Source: a virus. From it: a stretch of DNA of 64,000 bases. Where the stretch lies: the IMG/VR virus record IMGVR_UViG_3300045988_131721, positions 1 through 64,000 of that record; one strand, 5' to 3'. The notes below the pieces were generated by a model. That model saw only the letters and a program-made list of their open reading frames with translations, ran no database searches and had not been told where the DNA came from. Shown here piece after piece: positions 43,582-51,998 of the stretch; within the stretch, counting starts at the first letter, position 1, and every line of letters begins with the position of its first letter. The position numbers and the translations under genes are program-made.

Positions 43582-44724
43582 ATGGAAAAAATAATAAAAT
43601 TCAATACAGAACTAACAGAAGAGTTAGGAGAATATGTTTTAGACGAATTGTTAGACGTATACAACAAAAATAAAGAAATAATAGCTTGTAATGAACGTTT
43701 AAAATACAAAGAAGATTATTTACCTATGTACGACAGGGTTACATTCCTTATAAATAGTCCAGGTGGAAGTTTATACTCTTTCATGCAGATAAAAGATTGG
43801 ATTGAGAAAATAAGAAATGAACAAGGCGTAATATTCGTAAGCCACACATCTTCGATAGCTTATAGTGCAGGATTTTATCTTATGATGTGTATGGATTATA
43901 GATATATGGGTGAATGGTCACAAGTATTATATCATGAATTAGGTATAGGTAATCAAATGAAATTATCAGATTGGAATGCTGAAACAAACAGGATGAATAA
44001 AATCCAAACTAAATTAGATAAATTAGTTACTGATAATTGTGATTTAACACAAGATATATTAGATAGTTATAAAGGGAAAGACCTTATAATGGATTATGAC
44101 GAAGCTTTAGAATATGGAATAGTCAAAGAAGAACCTAGCGAAGAGGAACGATTAGCAAAAGCATTAGAAGATATGGATAAAGAAGATATGACAGAATCAG
44201 AATGGAACGCTTTTATGGAAGAGATGAAATCGTATGTAAATATCATACCAGACGAACCTAAACCTTCAGAAAAAGAAATACAAGATAAAATAAAAGAAAT
44301 AGAGGGAGATACAGAGCCAGATATGACATTAGGGGAAGCTGTTAAAGAGGTATTAGGCGAAGACTTTAGATGTAATGAAGAAGTTGAATGTGATGAGTTT
44401 GAAAATAGATGTTGTTATATGTGTGAGAACTTTGATGAATGTGATAGATTATGCGGATATGCAGAAAGAGCAGAGATGTGTGAACATATGGAGAATAAAT
44501 TAGATGAATTAGATAATGAATGTAAATGTGAAGTACCTTGTGAAGAAAATAAACAAGAAGATATAAAAGAATGTGAGGAACCAACTGAATGTGGGTTACA
44601 TCGTGGAACTAATATTTGTTGCCATTTCTGTCCAGACTTTAATAAATGTACAGACTTTCATAAATGTGCAGGCACTGATGACGTCTTTGATTGTGAATAT
44701 TTTAGAGAAGAATCGGAGGATTAA
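43582..44724 (+). CDS. ClpP-like serine protease fused to a long acidic, Cys-rich C-terminal extension
   Basis: LINSPGGSLYSF, SIAYSAGFYL (Ser) and VLYHELGIG (His). The last 140 aa or so contain more than 25 Cys among D/E-rich sequence. Confidence 0.7.
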   Translation: MEKIIKFNTELTEELGEYVLDELLDVYNKNKEIIACNERLKYKEDYLPMYDRVTFLINSPGGSLYSFMQIKDWIEKIRNEQGVIFVSHTSSIAYSAGFYLMMCMDYRYMGEWSQVLYHELGIGNQMKLSDWNAETNRMNKIQTKLDKLVTDNCDLTQDILDSYKGKDLIMDYDEALEYGIVKEEPSEEERLAKALEDMDKEDMTESEWNAFMEEMKSYVNIIPDEPKPSEKEIQDKIKEIEGDTEPDMTLGEAVKEVLGEDFRCNEEVECDEFENRCCYMCENFDECDRLCGYAERAEMCEHMENKLDELDNECKCEVPCEENKQEDIKECEEPTECGLHRGTNICCHFCPDFNKCTDFHKCAGTDDVFDCEYFREESED

Positions 44725-44726
44725 TA

Positions 44727-45143
44727 ATGAAAGTGCTAGGCGTAGATGGTGACGTAAATTTGATTATGGGGATTAGTTTAATTGAAGATGAAAAGTTAAT
44801 TAAATTTGAAATAGTGCAAGGTTTGGATGAAGTTATGAAATTAATAAATAAAGAGAATGTTGATTTGGTTAAAGTAAATACAGTAGGATTCTGGCAAGTG
44901 ATTTATAAAAAAATAACTTATGAAGTTGGAACGAATGCAATAGTAAAATGCGTAAAGATTAATAGAGAAGAAGAACATAAAGGAATTGAAAAAATAATAA
45001 AAATAGATTTGTGGGATTTAATACAAAATAATATTCAAATAGATTATTCTGGAAAATTTAAAATTAAAATAAATACCATGAATTATAAAGACGTAACTAA
45101 AATAATGAGTTTAATAACGGCATTATCGGAAAATTACTATTAA
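44727..45143 (+). CDS. Hypothetical protein
   Basis: 138 aa. SD ggagga. MKVLGVDGD is faintly RuvC/RNase H-like, but this is unsupported. Confidence 0.55.
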   Translation: MKVLGVDGDVNLIMGISLIEDEKLIKFEIVQGLDEVMKLINKENVDLVKVNTVGFWQVIYKKITYEVGTNAIVKCVKINREEEHKGIEKIIKIDLWDLIQNNIQIDYSGKFKIKINTMNYKDVTKIMSLITALSENYY

Positions 45144-45209
45144 AATAATTAATAAATTTTATAATACAAAGAGGGAGGAATCAATCCTCCTAGAAAGGAG
45201 AATAAAGAT

Positions 45210-45341
45210 ATGAGTAAATATTGTATTCATTGTGGAAAGAAATTAAAAAATGGAGAGCTAAGTTATTGCGAAAGTTGCTATGAAGAATTGAGAACTAAAG
45301 GAATGTTTACAACTGAAAAAGAAAAAATATCAAAGAAGTAG
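45210..45341 (+). CDS. 43 aa zinc-ribbon protein
   Basis: SD aaaggag. CIHCGK...CESC. Confidence 0.5.
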   Translation: MSKYCIHCGKKLKNGELSYCESCYEELRTKGMFTTEKEKISKK

Positions 45342-45413
45342 TTATATACTATAAAGATAAAGTGTCAGAAAGATTTATTAATAGCATACAAAACTATAAA
45401 GGAGAGATAAAGC

Positions 45414-47300
45414 ATGAATAGACATTGCAAAGTTTGTGGTCGAAAGTTAACTGATGGAGATAATATAAAAAGGGAATTATGTAATAAGCATTATTTACAG
45501 ATAAAAAAGTATGGATTTAATTTAGATGATAATCAAAGAAACGAATATGATTTAAATGAATATGAAATAAAAGGCAACATGGCTTATTTGAAATTATATG
45601 ACAATTTTCAAGAGGAATTAAATGAGAAAGCAATTATAGATGATTGTACAGTTGAATTAATAAATAAATATAGATGGGATAAAAATAGAACGTGTATAAC
45701 AACAAATATAAATGGTAAAATAATACCTCTTGAAAATTATATTCTTAATACTAATGAAAAGGTTAATTTTAAAAATGGAAATAATTTAGATTTTAGATTA
45801 AATAATTTAATGGTAATTCACAAAGATGTAAAAGATAAAAAAATAGACAAAAGAAAAAAAGGTAAAATTGATATAATAAGTTATGGATTTTCAAGTCAAC
45901 AAGTTACAGGAAGTAGTTGGGGAGTTTATTATGATAATATTAAAGAAAATAAAAGAGATATGTTACTTATTGAATGTGGGTTAGTACAAGGTAAAGATGT
46001 AGTTACCGATTATAACAATAATAAAAAAATGATTTCTAATATACCGTTTGAAAGATGTGGGCAAATGATATTTTCACACTGTCATCTTGACCACTTAATG
46101 AATGCTGTAGCATCAATAAAAAAAGGATTTAATGGTATAGTATATATGACTAAAACTCAAAGAATATTAGCTGAAAAATTATTGTTAGATGGTGCTTATA
46201 TTCATGAAAGAAATGTAAAAGAATTAAAAAATAAAGGTAAATCACCAGAATTATTTTATGATGAGTCTTCAGTATATTTATTTTTAAATAAAGTTAAAAT
46301 TGTAGAAATGAATGAAAAAATAAAAATCAATAATAATATTACATTTAGATTTAGAAATAACTCTCATGTATTAGGTGCTACTCAAATTGAATTATGGATT
46401 ACTAAGCCTAATAATCAAATAAAACATATTTTATATACAGGTGATTTAGGTACAAATCACAATTTTGAATTCCAACCTTTTCTAAAACAAAATGAGATAA
46501 TCAAGTCATGTGACTTAGCATTATTTGAAAGTACATACTCAGATATAAAAAGAAGTTTTACTAAAAAAGATTGTATAATAGAAAGAGAAGATTTTAAAAA
46601 TACATTATTAGAAACTATAAAAAACAAGTCAAGATGTTTAGTACCGACTTTCTCTTTTAGCAGAGGACAAATGTTAATGTGTTGGATTTATGATTGGTTT
46701 AAGGATTTAGAAGATAATTTTCAAGTTATAATAGATAGTAAACTTTTCCAAGAAATTAATAATGCATATACTCAAATATTAGAAGATGAAGAATTAGAAT
46801 ATTGGTCAACAGTTATTTCATGGGATAAATTTAAATTTGTTGGAGATTATGAAGAAACATTAGAATTATCTACTAAAAACGATGGTATACCAAGAATAAT
46901 TTTATCTTCTTCCGGATTTATGGAGGCTGGTAGGGTAAGAACTTGGGCAAGTAAAATACTAAATAATAAAGATGATACAATATGTTTTGTTGGTTATTCA
47001 TCGGCAAATAGTCTTGCAAATAAAATACAAAATCAAAAAGAAGACGTATTTATTATAGATGGTATAAAATGTATTAGGAGATGTAATATAAAAATATACA
47101 GAACATTTTCATCTCATATACAATATGATGAACTTTTAGATTATTTTTATAGATTAAAAACAAACAAAATAATACTTCATCATGGTGAATTAGATTCAAA
47201 AAATGAATTTAAAAAATATGCTACAAAATTATTAAGAGAAAAAGGAATAACTACTAAAATAATATGTACAGATAAAGATAATACTGAATTTAGTTTATAG
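45414..47300 (+). CDS. Metallo-beta-lactamase / beta-CASP family nuclease with an N-terminal zinc-ribbon plus degenerate HNH-like module
   Basis: MBL motif 2 HCHLDH, then NNSHVLGA, YTGDLG, ESTY and LHHGE. The N-terminus has CKVCGRK...C and NGNNLDFRLNNL. Confidence 0.7.
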   Translation: MNRHCKVCGRKLTDGDNIKRELCNKHYLQIKKYGFNLDDNQRNEYDLNEYEIKGNMAYLKLYDNFQEELNEKAIIDDCTVELINKYRWDKNRTCITTNINGKIIPLENYILNTNEKVNFKNGNNLDFRLNNLMVIHKDVKDKKIDKRKKGKIDIISYGFSSQQVTGSSWGVYYDNIKENKRDMLLIECGLVQGKDVVTDYNNNKKMISNIPFERCGQMIFSHCHLDHLMNAVASIKKGFNGIVYMTKTQRILAEKLLLDGAYIHERNVKELKNKGKSPELFYDESSVYLFLNKVKIVEMNEKIKINNNITFRFRNNSHVLGATQIELWITKPNNQIKHILYTGDLGTNHNFEFQPFLKQNEIIKSCDLALFESTYSDIKRSFTKKDCIIEREDFKNTLLETIKNKSRCLVPTFSFSRGQMLMCWIYDWFKDLEDNFQVIIDSKLFQEINNAYTQILEDEELEYWSTVISWDKFKFVGDYEETLELSTKNDGIPRIILSSSGFMEAGRVRTWASKILNNKDDTICFVGYSSANSLANKIQNQKEDVFIIDGIKCIRRCNIKIYRTFSSHIQYDELLDYFYRLKTNKIILHHGELDSKNEFKKYATKLLREKGITTKIICTDKDNTEFSL

Positions 47301-47328
47301 GTAATAATTGTGGAGGACGTGGTAATAT

Positions 47329-48804
47329 ATGTATTATAATGAGGAACATAAAAATATTGTAGAGAAAAGAGGTGATGGTTATACCTATATCGGGAGTTAT
47401 AAATGTAACGAAGTAACATTAGATGGCAAAAATAAAAATGGCAAACAAAATTATATAAGAGTAAAATGTCCGTATTGTGGTAGTGAGTATGACATAAAGT
47501 TAAGTAGTTTTAAATCGGGTAGTCAATGTGCTAATTGTTGTAATAAATATGAAAACTCGTTTGCTTATCATATTCAAATTGAATTAGAAGAATCCCTTAA
47601 TAAATATTGGGATTGGAGCAATAATGAAGAAAATCCATATTTAATATATAAAAATAGTACTAAAAAAGTTAATATAAAATGTACTAAAATTAATTATCAT
47701 GGTGATTATATTATCACACCTAATAGTTTTTATAGAGGCACAAGATGTCCGTATTGTGTTGGTAAAAAAGTTCATCCTAAAGATTCATTTGGTCAATGGT
47801 TGATTGCCACTTATGGAGATAATGCAATAGAAAAATATTGGTCACCTAAAAATATAGTTGACCCATTTGAAATTTCACCACAAAGTAATAAAAAAGTTTG
47901 GATATTATGTCAAGAAAAAGACTATCATAATGATAATGGTGGATATTTGGTAATCCCGTATAGTTTTTATAGAGGCACAAGATGTCCTTATTGTAGTCGT
48001 ACAAATGGTAAAGTGCATCCAAAAGATAGTTTCGGGCAATGGTTGATAAATGTATTCGGCGAAGATGCGATAGATAAATATTGGTCATCTAAAAATAATG
48101 TTAACCCATTTGAAATAGCTCCAAATACTCATAGAAAAATTTGGATACTGTGTCAAGATAAAAATTATCATAATAATGAAGGAGGTTATAAAACGACAGC
48201 CGAAAAATTTCATCATGGTAGAAGATGTCCATATTGCAATAAAAATAGTGGTAAAGTACATCATAAAGATAGTTTTGGTTCGCTATATCCAGAAAAGGCT
48301 AAGTATTGGAGTAAGAATAATAAAAAGTCATCTTTTGAGATAAGTCCTAAAAGCAATCGAAAACATAAATTCATATGTGAAAAATGTGGTGAAGAATTTG
48401 AAAGAAGTTTAGATAATTTAAATGTAAAAGATTTAGGTGTAGTTTGCAATGATTGTAGAAGTTCACAATTAGAGCAGTTAACAAAAGAAATATTAGACAA
48501 ATACTACATAAAATATTACAGAGAATATAGTTATTCGGACTTAATAGGTGTAGGTAATGGATATTTGAGATTTGACTTCTATTTACCAGATTATAATACT
48601 CTAATTGAATGTCAAGGACAGCAACATGAAGAATGGATAGAGACATGGATAACAAAAGATAATTTTGAGTTGATAAAAATACATGACCAACGTAAGAAGG
48701 ATTATTGTAAAAGGAATGGAATAAAACTAATAGAAATATGGTATTATGAAATAAATGATGTAGAAGAAATTATAAAGAAAGAATTAAATCTAGAAAATAA
48801 TTAA
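47329..48804 (+). CDS. Homing-endonuclease-like protein, family B copy 1: repeated treble-clef zinc ribbons plus a Vsr/PD-(D/E)xK-like C-domain
   Basis: Four repeats of RCPYC..K.VHPKDSFG...KYWS.KN..PFEI.P. The C-terminal LRFDFYLPDYNTLIECQGQQH is nuclease-like. Confidence 0.55.
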   Translation: MYYNEEHKNIVEKRGDGYTYIGSYKCNEVTLDGKNKNGKQNYIRVKCPYCGSEYDIKLSSFKSGSQCANCCNKYENSFAYHIQIELEESLNKYWDWSNNEENPYLIYKNSTKKVNIKCTKINYHGDYIITPNSFYRGTRCPYCVGKKVHPKDSFGQWLIATYGDNAIEKYWSPKNIVDPFEISPQSNKKVWILCQEKDYHNDNGGYLVIPYSFYRGTRCPYCSRTNGKVHPKDSFGQWLINVFGEDAIDKYWSSKNNVNPFEIAPNTHRKIWILCQDKNYHNNEGGYKTTAEKFHHGRRCPYCNKNSGKVHHKDSFGSLYPEKAKYWSKNNKKSSFEISPKSNRKHKFICEKCGEEFERSLDNLNVKDLGVVCNDCRSSQLEQLTKEILDKYYIKYYREYSYSDLIGVGNGYLRFDFYLPDYNTLIECQGQQHEEWIETWITKDNFELIKIHDQRKKDYCKRNGIKLIEIWYYEINDVEEIIKKELNLENN

Positions 48805-48812
48805 TAAACCTA

Positions 48813-48840
48813 TTGACAAATAATTTGGTTATGATATAAT
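48813..48840 (+). promoter_or_regulatory. Sigma-A-type promoter after a 15-mer copy
   Basis: TTGACA at 48813-48818 and TGaTATAAT ending at 48840. Confidence 0.65.
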
Positions 48841-48863
48841 GTATTTATAGGAAGGTGATAAAA

Positions 48864-49025
48864 ATGAAAAAGATAAAATTTACATTGAAAGGCGAAGAAT
48901 TCAATAAAGTAGGTAAAATAGAGAACATACATGAACATCTACAAGAAGTTAAAAGAGGCACTGGAATAAAGAAAAGTAAAAAAACTTATACTAGAAAAGA
49001 TAAACATAAAAAGAAATTATATTAA
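48864..49025 (+). CDS. 53 aa very basic protein
   Basis: SD gaaggtga. C-terminus KKSKKTYTRKDKHKKKLY. Confidence 0.5.
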   Translation: MKKIKFTLKGEEFNKVGKIENIHEHLQEVKRGTGIKKSKKTYTRKDKHKKKLY

Positions 49026-49037
49026 GGAAGTGTTGAT

Positions 49038-49205
49038 ATGAGTATAGAAGAATTAAAAGATTTATTACATAAGTTAGACTCTAATGAAGTATGTGAGTTA
49101 TTATCTAATAAACAATGTGAGAAGTGCTTTTGTTACACCAAAGAAAAAGAATGTATCATTAAAATATTTAGCGAGGGAATGTTAAATGAAATAGGAAGTA
49201 AATAA
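49038..49205 (+). CDS. 55 aa Cys-containing protein
   Basis: SD aaggaagtg. Confidence 0.5.
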   Translation: MSIEELKDLLHKLDSNEVCELLSNKQCEKCFCYTKEKECIIKIFSEGMLNEIGSK

Positions 49206-49235
49206 AAATAATTAATAAAAAGGAGAAATATTAAT

Positions 49236-49412
49236 ATGATAAAATTAATAACTAATGGTAGTTTAAAAGTAGTGAAAGTTTATAACACAATGTACTCTGC
49301 AAGAATGGATTTGAGACAAAGAAATGCAGAAAAATACTTAGTTGAATATTGTGATAAAATATATGGTATCAATAGATTCTTAGCATTAATAGAAGGAGGT
49401 GAAGAGAAATGA
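49236..49412 (+). CDS. 58 aa hypothetical protein
   Basis: SD aaaggag after a 15-mer copy. Confidence 0.5.
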   Translation: MIKLITNGSLKVVKVYNTMYSARMDLRQRNAEKYLVEYCDKIYGINRFLALIEGGEEK

Positions 49413-49558
49413 ATTTAAAAGATTTGATTATAAGATGTATTATTATAATCTTATCTCTAGTATTAATTTTTCGAGTAGAATTTGTAACTCCTTATGTAGT
49501 AGTTTTAGTATCATTAATAATAGGAGAGATAATATATAGTTTAAGATATAAAAAATAA
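49409..49558 (+). CDS. 49 aa membrane peptide
   Basis: ATGA overlap with the previous ORF. Two hydrophobic stretches. Confidence 0.45.
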   Translation: MNLKDLIIRCIIIILSLVLIFRVEFVTPYVVVLVSLIIGEIIYSLRYKK

Positions 49559-49562
49559 TAAT

Positions 49563-49595
49563 TCATAGGTAATTTTATATGTGGTTATGTTAATA
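49563..49595 (+). promoter_or_regulatory. Class-2 promoter-like box
   Basis: Reads TCATAGGTAATTTTa tatgtggttat GTTAATA, followed by aggtgattaaa ATG TAA (49619-49624). Confidence 0.6.
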
Positions 49596-49684
49596 TACTA
49601 ATATAAGAGGTGATTAAAATGTAAAATATATGAAGTGCCAAAATAAAATATTAATAAAAATAATTAATAAAGGTGGTGGTGATT

Positions 49685-50389
49685 ATGAATTTTGAAGATT
49701 TTATAATTGATAAGAATATAGAAATGAAATCAAATGAGCTAAATGAATTATTAAATACCTGGAGGACTGAAGAAGGCAAAAAATCTAAAGAACATAAAGA
49801 ATTCATGAGAGATATAAGAAAAGAAATGAAATTATTAGAATCGTTAGGTTTTGAGGTTGGTGGAAATTTTCCACCGACTACTTATATAGATAAACAAGGA
49901 AAAGAAAGAGGTTGCTATCTATTAAATAAAGAAGGAATATTACAAATGAGTACAAAGGAATCAGCTTATGTTAGAGCAAAAGTAATAGACTATATTAGAA
50001 CCCTTGAAACTTATATAGAAGAAACTGGACAGTCTGAAGAATTTAAATATTACAGAAGAACAGGTAAGATTATAAGACGTGGATTAACCGATACAATTAA
50101 AAAGGTATATAGAAATACGGATAAATTTATATATGCAAAATATACTAATTTAGTTTATACAATAGTATTCGATAAATCAGCTAGTGAAATAAGACTTGGG
50201 AAAGGTTTAAAGAAAAACCAAGCATTAAGAGATAATTTCACATCAGAAGAATTAGATGAAATATTGGAAGTTGAAAATAAATTAAAATCATTAATTGAAG
50301 TGTATGAAATGGAAGGTGTATGTTTAGACTTAATATATGAGAGAGCTAAAAATACTATATTAAGAGTATATCATAAAATAGCAATATAA
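49685..50389 (+). CDS. Rha-family phage regulatory protein
   Basis: HKEFMRDIRK...YIDKQGKERGCYLLNKEGILQMSTKES..VRAKVIDYIRTLE fits the Rha core. Confidence 0.6.
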   Translation: MNFEDFIIDKNIEMKSNELNELLNTWRTEEGKKSKEHKEFMRDIRKEMKLLESLGFEVGGNFPPTTYIDKQGKERGCYLLNKEGILQMSTKESAYVRAKVIDYIRTLETYIEETGQSEEFKYYRRTGKIIRRGLTDTIKKVYRNTDKFIYAKYTNLVYTIVFDKSASEIRLGKGLKKNQALRDNFTSEELDEILEVENKLKSLIEVYEMEGVCLDLIYERAKNTILRVYHKIAI

Positions 50390-50428
50390 AATATTAATAA
50401 AAATAATTAATAAAGGAGAGATGTGTAT

Positions 50429-51571
50429 ATGAGTAATTTAAATTTCGTTATGATTGGAAAATTATCAATAGCACCAGATAGACCAAATAAACCAGCATTT
50501 AGTGATAAGTTATTAGATAGTGGGTGCAATATCCGAGAGTTAAACCTACAAATGAAATGCGACAAAGATAATTTTAATCTTCAAATAAAATCTTTTATGA
50601 GTAATGCAAAGAAAAACAGTGATGGAAGCATAAATGTAGATAATAGTATAATATATACTATATTAGACAAAGGTGATAAAAAGTTTGAATCTGTTAACTT
50701 TAAATATAAAGATAAAGAAAAATATGAAGACGATATTGCAAACTTCAAGAGATATGTATTCGTAGACGGAGACGATAGATTAGAATGTTCTAACACCTTC
50801 GATTATGCTACTGCTGTATATACAACATTAAAATCAGATGCTTATAAAGATAAAGTATTTAGAGTTGATGGTGAAATAGAATATTCAAATTATAAGAATC
50901 CTAAAACTGGAATAGAAAATACATATACCAATTATAATGTTGAACGTATATATTTAGTTAATGACGATACAGAACAAAAAGCAACTTGTACGCTAGATGT
51001 ATATATGACAGCAGATTGTATAGACGATACCGATATAGAGGAAACAGGTAGTTTTAAACTTATGTGTTATATACCTCAATATATGAGTAAGAAAAAAGGA
51101 GAGTTTGGATATTATCAAGTATTAGATTATCCTTTAAATATTGATAAAGATAAACAATCTAAAAAATTCAATGCATTACAAAAATTATTAACAAGTAATT
51201 TTGAAGATAATGAGTTGTGTAAAATGGGATTCAAATGTAATTTAATAAATAGGATTAAGGAAGTCGATTTTGATATAAAAACAATGATAACCGATGAAGA
51301 GCGAGAACTATTAGAATTTAAAATAATTACAGAAAGTGAATTAGAAGCAAAATATGGTAAAGGACAAGGTGGCAGAGAAACCAAAATGGAAGTTGAAGGT
51401 ATAACTCGTGGATACACTACAGGAGCAATACCAGTACCTCTAACATTAAGTCAGTTATTAAGTAAAGGTGATGAAGAATTAAAAGAAAATAAGATATTAA
51501 CAAGTGATGAAAACGATGACTTAGATTTATTCTCAAACGATGATGACGAGGACGAATTATTCGATTTTTAG
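50429..51571 (+). CDS. Putative atypical single-stranded DNA-binding protein
   Basis: Starts NFVMIGKLSI (SSB-like) and ends in an acidic tail, DDLDLFSNDDDEDELFDF, like SSB C-terminal tips. Sits beside a Sak4-like ATPase. Confidence 0.4.
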   Translation: MSNLNFVMIGKLSIAPDRPNKPAFSDKLLDSGCNIRELNLQMKCDKDNFNLQIKSFMSNAKKNSDGSINVDNSIIYTILDKGDKKFESVNFKYKDKEKYEDDIANFKRYVFVDGDDRLECSNTFDYATAVYTTLKSDAYKDKVFRVDGEIEYSNYKNPKTGIENTYTNYNVERIYLVNDDTEQKATCTLDVYMTADCIDDTDIEETGSFKLMCYIPQYMSKKKGEFGYYQVLDYPLNIDKDKQSKKFNALQKLLTSNFEDNELCKMGFKCNLINRIKEVDFDIKTMITDEERELLEFKIITESELEAKYGKGQGGRETKMEVEGITRGYTTGAIPVPLTLSQLLSKGDEELKENKILTSDENDDLDLFSNDDDEDELFDF

Positions 51572-51633
51572 ATTGAAAATAATTAATAAAATTATAAAGA
51601 GGGATTAATTCCCTCTAGGAAGGAGTTGGTAAT

Positions 51634-51861
51634 GTGGAAGAGTTGAAGTTATATGTTGATTATATCAATACAAAAGATTTATATTTGATTCAATTATATA
51701 AAATAGATGAGAATGAGGAAGTTTTAGAATACTTAGAAAGATATACAACTCATAATGTATACGGTGCTGTAAATAAAGTAAAAGAAATAACAAATAGATA
51801 TCCTAATGTCACAATAATAAGTGAAGATATAAGTTTTAATACATATTGTATGAATAAATAA
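51634..51861 (+). CDS. Hypothetical protein (GTG start)
   Basis: SD aggaaggag 8 nt upstream. Confidence 0.5.
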   Translation: MEELKLYVDYINTKDLYLIQLYKIDENEEVLEYLERYTTHNVYGAVNKVKEITNRYPNVTIISEDISFNTYCMNK

Positions 51862-51869
51862 ATTTTAAA

Positions 51870-51902
51870 TCATAGGTAATTTTTTATAAGGAATTGTTAA
51901 TA
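51870..51902 (+). promoter_or_regulatory. Class-2 promoter-like box
   Basis: Reads TCATAGGTAATTTTT tataaggaatt GTTAATA, followed by aggtgattaaa ATG TAG (51926-51931). Confidence 0.6.
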
Positions 51903-51998
51903 CGATAATATAAGAGGTGATTAAAATGTAGAATATATTAGTTATAAGATATAAATAAAAATAACAAATTAAAAATAATTAATAAAAAGGTGATTGAG

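Noticed and set aside
47295-47327. Thirteenth class-2 promoter (TTATAGGTAATAATT-N11-GGTAATA) in front of 47329-48804
   Set aside because: The -10-like block ends 1 nt before the ATG, so a transcript from it could not include the start codon. The box also overlaps the stop of the upstream gene. It is probably a decayed copy or a chance match.
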